The notes beneath the pieces were generated by a model. The model was not told where the DNA came from. It saw nothing but the letters and a program-made list of their open reading frames with translations, and ran no database searches. Shown here piece by piece: positions 8,357-13,345 of a stretch of DNA of 13,345 nucleotides (position 1 is its first letter; every line of letters starts with the position of its first letter). The position numbers and the translations under genes are program-made. Location of the stretch: the NCBI GenBank assembly GCA_041946805.1, contig JBHGBC010000168.1:1-13345 (forward strand). The letters run 5' to 3'. The stretch comes from a bacterium. Lineage in GTDB: Bacteria; Hinthialibacterota; Hinthialibacteria; Hinthialibacterales; Hinthialibacteraceae.

Positions 8357-8392
8357 CAGGATGGCCAGGATGAACAAGATACTCAGGATTTT
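8357..8392 (+). repeat. 9-nt-period tandem array (CARGATNNN)4
   Basis: CAGGATGGC CAGGATGAA CAAGATACT CAGGATTTT, with units starting at 8357, 8366, 8375 and 8384. Confidence 0.7.
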
Positions 8393-8427
8393 GATGGGGT
8401 ACGCGCTATCGTGCTAATCTATCCTAC
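8392..8427 (-). repeat. Degenerate GTAG-type REP-like palindrome
   Basis: Minus strand GTAGGATAGATTAGCACGATAGCGCGTACCCCATCA; same family as 3944-3974. Confidence 0.65.
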
Positions 8428-8431
8428 TTTA

Positions 8432-8468
8432 TTGAAACAATCAATTCACAATTCATGATAAATTGATT
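8432..8468 (+). promoter_or_regulatory. AT-rich putative promoter/operator region for the NusG paralogue
   Basis: TTGAAA (8432-8437) - 16 nt - CATGAT (8454-8459), or an extended -10 TGnTAAATT (8456-8464). Overlapped by the inverted repeat AATCAATT (8439-8446) / AATTGATT (8461-8468). Confidence 0.4.
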
Positions 8469-8487
8469 ATGAAGAGACTGGAGGACG

Positions 8488-9051
8488 ATGAATCCCGTGA
8501 ATGTTCGCGCGACCTCCTGCAACCGCCGCTGGCCTCCCGGCCGCACCCTGGAAGCCGACCTGGGCTATTGGAAATTGGCCCGGATCCGCTCCCGCAATGA
8601 AAAGGCCCTGGCGCGGGACTGCGAAGCGGCGGGGATCGCTTTCTACCTGCCTCTCTATATCAAACGAACGCGGCGGCGGGACAACAACAAACCCCGTCAG
8701 AGCCTCCTGCCCCTCTTCCCGGGATATTTCCCATTTGTGGCCCGGGAAGACCACCAACGGCTGCTGCTCGAGACCGGACGCGTAGTTCAGATCATGGAAA
8801 TTCCCGATCAGCGCCGATTTGCCGACAATCTGCGGCAAATCTGGAATACCCTGGAATCCGGAACGGCCATTCTTGGCGTGGAACCCATCGCCCCCGGACA
8901 GAACGTCCGTATCAAGGAGGGGCCGCTCGCGGGGATGACGGGCATCGTGAAGGAAGTCCGCGGCCAACACTGCCTCCTGCTGGCCGTGGAGGCGTTCCAG
9001 ATGGCCGTCTGCGTCCAGACCGGCCGCTTGGAAGTGGAAGTGATACAATAA
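8488..9051 (+). CDS. Specialised NusG-family transcription antitermination factor (UpxY/RfaH/LoaP-like paralogue)
   Basis: 187 aa. NGN domain W(K)LARIRSRNEKALA...FYLP...PLFPGYF. KOW motif PGQNVRIKEGPLAGMTGIV. Not in a secE-nusG-rplK context, so a paralogue. Exact start uncertain (ATG 8488 or GTG 8497). Confidence 0.9.
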   Translation: MNPVNVRATSCNRRWPPGRTLEADLGYWKLARIRSRNEKALARDCEAAGIAFYLPLYIKRTRRRDNNKPRQSLLPLFPGYFPFVAREDHQRLLLETGRVVQIMEIPDQRRFADNLRQIWNTLESGTAILGVEPIAPGQNVRIKEGPLAGMTGIVKEVRGQHCLLLAVEAFQMAVCVQTGRLEVEVIQ

Positions 9052-9057
9052 ACAAAC

Positions 9058-9088
9058 GGAGGATGGATTGGCGCAGTGTAATCCATCC
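9058..9088 (+). repeat. GTAG-type REP-like hairpin immediately after the NusG paralogue stop
   Basis: GGAGGATGGATTGGCGCAGTGTAATCCATCC. Perfect 9-bp stem GGATGGATT (9061-9069) / AATCCATCC (9080-9088); same family as 3944-3974. Confidence 0.7.
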
Positions 9089-9179
9089 CATGGCCGGAAT
9101 CCCCGTTGCCGCGGGGAAGAGATCATTTGAGGCTCATGGGGCATACAGTTCGATCATTTCAAACCGGGGGGATAAGCGA

Positions 9180-12100
9180 TTGATATTCCGTCGTCTCTTC
9201 ATCCTCGGGATCGTTTCCAGCCTGGCCGTCTCCGCCTGGCCGCGGGTGGTGATCAACGAAATCCTGTACCACGCAGCGGACAGCGATCTCGAGTACATTG
9301 AGCTGCTCAACACTTCCTCGGAAGCCGTGGATTTATCGAATTGGATTATCCAAGACGATCAGGATGACCAGGATGATCACCGGTTTGCGATTCCCGCGGG
9401 GATAATCCTCCCGCCGGGCGAATACCTGGTCATCGCCAACGATCCCGTCCTGTTCCAGCAGGCGTATGGCTTCGCGCCGGACGTAAGCGGCATCCCGTTT
9501 CGTTTTTCCAACAGCGGCGACGCGGTCCGGTTATTCGATTCGAAGGACGCGCTGCAAGAATCCGTGCCCTATGATGACCACCAGCCTTGGCCGGAAACGG
9601 CTGACGGCCTGGGCGCTTCGCTGGAACGCCGCAACTCCCTCTTGCCTGCCCCGTGGCCGGAATCCTGGGCCCCGTCCACGAATCAGGGCACTCCGGGCCA
9701 GGCCAATACGGCTGACACGGATACGCTTTCCCCTCTCATTCTGGACGTGGAGCATTCGCCCAAAATCCCGCAACCCTTCCAGGAAATTACAGTAACCGCA
9801 CGGGTTTCCGATGGGGACGGACAAATCGAATCCGTCCAGTTCTACTATGGATGGAACCGCGGAACCCAGTACCTGGCAGTAGCCATGAACGACGACGGCC
9901 TGCTCGGCGACGCGACGCCCGGAGACGGCCTCTACACCGCGCGCGTGGAGGGAGCGAGAGCCTCGTCCCTCTTCCGCTTTTACATTCAGGCCACCGACAA
10001 CGACGGCCATCAATCCCAGGTCCCATCCAGCGGGATGGAAGAACCATACATGACCGTCGTCGAAGAGGCCCAGCCGGTGGAGGAAGTGCCGTACCTGCGG
10101 GTGGTCATGCGGCCTGAAGTCCAGGAGAAATTCCTGGAACGCTATCGGACCGATGATTACTTTCCCGCCACGTTTTATGAAGACGATACTGTCTATTATG
10201 CGGTCCAAATCCGGCATCGCGGCCGCTCCCGCAGCGCCAACGGCCGGTTCAAGATCCGGTTCCCCTATAATCAGCTGTACCGGGGAGAAATCCGGCGATT
10301 GAACCTGAATGGAGACGATGCCGGTTCATTGATCAAGGAACAGTTAAGCTATCAGCTTTACCAGGACGCCGGCCTGCCCAACCTGGAATCGGAAATCGTC
10401 CGCTTGTCCATCAACGGCAGCCAGGCGCGGGGAACGCCTTACCGTTCCGCGGTGGAGAATCCCGACGGGCAGTTTTTGAAACGGAAGAAATACTTCGCCA
10501 ACGACGATGGCAATCTCTACAAAACCACTCTGGACGGCACCCCGCGGAACAAGGCCGTCTGGCGCTACGCGGGCGATGATCCGGCCCTGTATCAGGATTG
10601 CTACCTCAAGCAAACCAACGAGGAAGAGGCCGATTACAGCGACATCATTGCATTTTGCCAGACCTTGTCCGAAGCCGAAACCTGGGATCCCGGTTACGTG
10701 GACCGGGTTTACTCGGTTTTGAATGTGGATGATTTTCTCCGATGGATGGCGGTGTCCGCGGTCTGCGCCCACTGGGATTCGCCGTACACCGACCACGGGC
10801 ATAACTATATTCTCTACAACAATCCCGGGACTCATCAGTTTCATGTTCTGGCCTGGGACCTGAACGGCACGTTCAATTATTCTTCCAACCACGAAGATTT
10901 GAACTACCGCAAGCATTACACCCACATCCGCTCGACCAAGTTCCCCGCGATCAACAAAATCCTGAATCATCCCCGTTTCGGCGCTCCGTATTACCGGGAG
11001 ATCGACAACCTGCTGCAAACCCTGTTCACCCGGGAAGAAATGGGCCGCCGGATCGAAACGGTCCGGCGGAAGATGAGGCTATCCACGAGTTCCATGAGTT
11101 CGTATACCACTTTTGTGAACCAACGCATCAAAGACCTCTCCATCTGGATCAACCGGGACCAGGGCGCGGCGTTTCTGAGCAAGCCCACTTATCAAGCGCG
11201 GGTGGGCTATCCTTATCAGTACCGCGCCGTGGCTGTGGATTACCGCAAAGGACAACGGATGCGCTACCAGTTGGACCCGGCCCCCGGCTGGTTACGAATC
11301 GACCCGGACAAAGGCATTCTCGAGGGGGTTCCCGATCAACCCGGCCGTTTCGGTATCGTCCTCACCGCCCAAAGCGAAAGCGGCGTGATCCTCACTCAAC
11401 CGTACACCCTGCAAGTCACCGATTCCCGCCCCCGCTTGCTGCTGACTTTTAACGAAGCGAGCGGCAAGGCCGCCGATCTCAGCGAATTCGGCCATCAAGC
11501 GACGTTCGCCGGGAACACCAAACGCGTGGAAGGACGGTTGGGCCGCGCGGTGTATTTCGATGGCGATGGCGATTACGTGCGCGTCCCGCATGCGGACTCG
11601 CTCAGCCTTTCGGGATCAATCACTGTGGAGATGTGGATCCGGCCGGATTCCACCTCGACCAACCAAGTGATTCTCTCCAAAGGGGATGCCGATCAATTCA
11701 ACTATCTCATGATGCTTGGCTACGGCCCATTCAGCGGAGACTCTTCGGAACCTTGTTTCTTGCCACACCGCTTTGACATCGAAAACCGCGTCTATTACGG
11801 GCGAAAGGAGATCGAGGCACGGCTGAAAGGGAAAATCTGGGCCCATATTGCGGGGACCTACGATTCGGGCCGCGAACGGGCGAACGTGTACGTCAACAAT
11901 CAACGCATCGTGGACAGCGCCTCGCGCACACTCATGCCCGAAAATACGCGGGATCTGCTTATCGGCTTGAACAGCGGAGGATTCAAGGGCGCCCTCGACG
12001 ACGTCAAAATCCTGCCCTTCGCCAAGGAAGCCTTCGCGGCAGGCCTGTGCCTTTCCCAAGTCGATATATCCGGTATTTCCCCCGCGCAGGACCGGATCGC

Positions 12101-12815
12101 CCTGTCCCTCTCCCCCTTGAGAACCGACTCGATCAACACGGGTGAATATTGTGTATTTTTCGTGAATATCAACCAGTGGCTGCCCTTGCCGGATGGAATC
12201 CTGCAGCCCGGCCAAAGTGTTTCCTGGTGGCTGGATGAGCTCGGCCTGCATATCCCACTGCCCGACAATGAAACGGCGGCCCTCTATCCTCTCTTCAGCC
12301 TTGGAGAACCGCGCGCGGAAACCCTCCTGGATCAAGTCACGTGGGGAGATGCCGGAGCGTCCGCAACCGATCCCGGCGTCCAAGCGGGGGTTTGGCTCCC
12401 GGGCCAATCCGTCCCAATTCCTTTCTCCGGCCCGGCGTCCTGCGCGCTGAAGAACTTCGCCGATAACGATGAGATGGATCAGGATTGGCAGGCGGCTCCG
12501 CCACAACTGTCAGGGCCGGTTATCACCTCGCTGCGGATCGATAATGGAGCGGACGCCACCGGCCAGCGGGAGGTGCGGCTTCAGATCGCGTGCGAGGGCA
12601 ATCCCCGGGAAATGCGTATCAGCGATTCGTCGGTTTTCGCTCCGGATTGGGACGCCTTCCAAAACGAGGCTGATTGGGTATTGCCGGATGGGAATGGAAC
12701 CAAAACGATCTTTGTGCAAGTCCGGGACGCGGACCGCAACCGTTCCGCTGTAACCAGTGAAACCATCCGGTTGGAAGCCAACACAGCGGTTGAGGATTGG
12801 AGAGCGCACCGGTAA
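9180..12815 (+). CDS. Secreted multidomain CotH-family kinase with lamin-tail, Ig-like and LamG domains (~1211 aa)
   Basis: Preferred start TTG 9180 (GGGGGGA 7 nt upstream) gives the signal peptide MIFRRLFILGIVSSLAVSAWP. Lamin-tail domain ~9246-9707 (VVINEILY, EYIELLN, ADGLGASLER, GTPGQAN). Ig-like domain with MNDDGLLGDATPGDGLY (9885-9935, choice-of-anchor-X-like). CotH core ~10090-11150 (IRHRGRS, FKIRF, GNLYK, HWD, HNYILY, AWDLN). Putative Ig/cadherin-like ~11170-11420 (APGWLRIDPDKGILEGVP). LamG ~11440-12015 (FDGDGDYV, TVEMWIRP, WAHIAGTYD, FKGALDDVKI). Degenerate second lamin-tail ~12040-12495. Ig-like ~12520-12775 (IDNGADAT, LPDGNGTKTIFVQVRD). Confidence 0.9.
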   Translation: MIFRRLFILGIVSSLAVSAWPRVVINEILYHAADSDLEYIELLNTSSEAVDLSNWIIQDDQDDQDDHRFAIPAGIILPPGEYLVIANDPVLFQQAYGFAPDVSGIPFRFSNSGDAVRLFDSKDALQESVPYDDHQPWPETADGLGASLERRNSLLPAPWPESWAPSTNQGTPGQANTADTDTLSPLILDVEHSPKIPQPFQEITVTARVSDGDGQIESVQFYYGWNRGTQYLAVAMNDDGLLGDATPGDGLYTARVEGARASSLFRFYIQATDNDGHQSQVPSSGMEEPYMTVVEEAQPVEEVPYLRVVMRPEVQEKFLERYRTDDYFPATFYEDDTVYYAVQIRHRGRSRSANGRFKIRFPYNQLYRGEIRRLNLNGDDAGSLIKEQLSYQLYQDAGLPNLESEIVRLSINGSQARGTPYRSAVENPDGQFLKRKKYFANDDGNLYKTTLDGTPRNKAVWRYAGDDPALYQDCYLKQTNEEEADYSDIIAFCQTLSEAETWDPGYVDRVYSVLNVDDFLRWMAVSAVCAHWDSPYTDHGHNYILYNNPGTHQFHVLAWDLNGTFNYSSNHEDLNYRKHYTHIRSTKFPAINKILNHPRFGAPYYREIDNLLQTLFTREEMGRRIETVRRKMRLSTSSMSSYTTFVNQRIKDLSIWINRDQGAAFLSKPTYQARVGYPYQYRAVAVDYRKGQRMRYQLDPAPGWLRIDPDKGILEGVPDQPGRFGIVLTAQSESGVILTQPYTLQVTDSRPRLLLTFNEASGKAADLSEFGHQATFAGNTKRVEGRLGRAVYFDGDGDYVRVPHADSLSLSGSITVEMWIRPDSTSTNQVILSKGDADQFNYLMMLGYGPFSGDSSEPCFLPHRFDIENRVYYGRKEIEARLKGKIWAHIAGTYDSGRERANVYVNNQRIVDSASRTLMPENTRDLLIGLNSGGFKGALDDVKILPFAKEAFAAGLCLSQVDISGISPAQDRIALSLSPLRTDSINTGEYCVFFVNINQWLPLPDGILQPGQSVSWWLDELGLHIPLPDNETAALYPLFSLGEPRAETLLDQVTWGDAGASATDPGVQAGVWLPGQSVPIPFSGPASCALKNFADNDEMDQDWQAAPPQLSGPVITSLRIDNGADATGQREVRLQIACEGNPREMRISDSSVFAPDWDAFQNEADWVLPDGNGTKTIFVQVRDADRNRSAVTSETIRLEANTAVEDWRAHR

Positions 12816-12879
12816 TAAATCAACCCGAATGCAGAATTTCCTCCATGCTTGACTCCTGGCATAAGTATGGGTGGGAATT

Positions 12880-13082
12880 TCCCTCTCCCTCTGGGAGAGG
12901 GTTAGGGTGAGGGAAGACATGAAAGTGTAAGAATCCTCTTTTTTCTGCTGTCGGGCAAATGGTTACCGCCGATTTTCTTATTGGGTTTTTCCGGGAAAGC
13001 CGAATACCTGAGGATATATACCGAGGCTGGAACAAACCGATTGTTTTTCCCTCCCCCTGGCCCTCTCCCTGAGGGAGAGGGA
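12880..13082. mobile_element. Inverted REP doublet (REPIN/MITE-like non-autonomous element, ~203 bp)
   Basis: 12880-12913 (TCCCTCTCCCTCTGGGAGAGGGTTAGGGTGAGGG) and 13049-13082 (CCCTCCCCCTGGCCCTCTCCCTGAGGGAGAGGGA) are 34-bp inverted copies flanking a 135-bp non-coding, more AT-rich spacer. Confidence 0.6.
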
Positions 13083-13104
13083 GCCGAAAAGGAAGGTTAT
13101 CGCA

Positions 13105-13287
13105 GGTGGGCTTTGTTGCCCATTGAGCCCACCCTATGGGGCTCGGGATGCTCAACCTGCTCTGCCTTGGTTGATAACATCGATAGGGGCGCGTTGCCGC
13201 GCACCTCTACATCTTATCAATGATGAAATCATCCAAGGCGAAGCGGTAAAAAGTAAGCAGATGGTGGTGCGGACATCTTGTCCGCAC
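13105..13287. repeat. Further REP-like palindromes downstream of the doublet
   Basis: GGTGGGCT..AGCCCACC-CTAT (13105-13137); ATAGGGGCGCG..CCTCTAC (13183-13210); perfect GTGCGGACA-TCT-TGTCCGCAC (13267-13287). Confidence 0.65.
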
Positions 13288-13295
13288 ACTGGAGT

Positions 13296-13325
13296 TTGGC
13301 CCTTAACTAGACAGAATGGCATAAT
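13296..13325 (+). promoter_or_regulatory. Possible promoter for a gene beyond the window end
   Basis: TTGGCC (13296-13301) - 18 nt - CATAAT (13320-13325) with an extended -10 TG at 13317-13318, followed by AT-rich sequence. No downstream gene is visible to confirm it. Confidence 0.3.
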
Positions 13326-13345
13326 CCAGAATTATTTTCAAATTT

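Noticed and set aside
3943..8417. Long antisense or alternate-frame ORFs (3943-4821, 4902-5804, 5832-6464, 7443-8417; likewise 11616-12506)
   Set aside because: Shadow ORFs expected from GC-rich codon usage; they overlap well-supported genes and lack family motifs.
9063..9179. ORF-track start (ATG 9063) for the large CotH protein
   Set aside because: The ATG and its apparent SD lie inside a REP hairpin. The 39 extra residues would bury the signal peptide that begins cleanly at TTG 9180.
12820..13223. Short ORFs 12820-13155 and 12981-13223
   Set aside because: REP-derived peptides (PLPQGEGQGEG, PLPEGEG); no recognisable nuclease or transposase motifs.

Overview
A GC-rich bacterial chromosomal window with eight well-supported genes: bcp peroxiredoxin (+), a class I/II PLP aminotransferase (-), an M24B Xaa-Pro peptidase (+), mqnA and serA (-, probably one transcript), an FGGY sugar kinase (+), a specialised NusG paralogue (+), and a ~1210-aa secreted multidomain CotH-family kinase (lamin-tail / DDGxxGD Ig-like / CotH / Ig / LamG / degenerate lamin-tail / Ig-like) ending in the short tail TAVEDWRAHR. 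The larger intergenic gaps are mosaics of several unrelated REP-like palindromes. These include a symmetric six-hairpin element with a 60-bp duplication, an inverted REP doublet and a 9-nt-period CARGAT array. No transposase, tRNA, rRNA or CRISPR array was seen. The best leads are (1) a possible uncharacterised C-terminal sorting signal on the CotH protein, (2) the NusG-paralogue / hairpin / giant secreted kinase cassette, (3) a degenerate hammerhead-like core upstream of the peptidase, and (4) the non-autonomous hairpin elements. All family calls come from motif recognition by eye; no database search was run.
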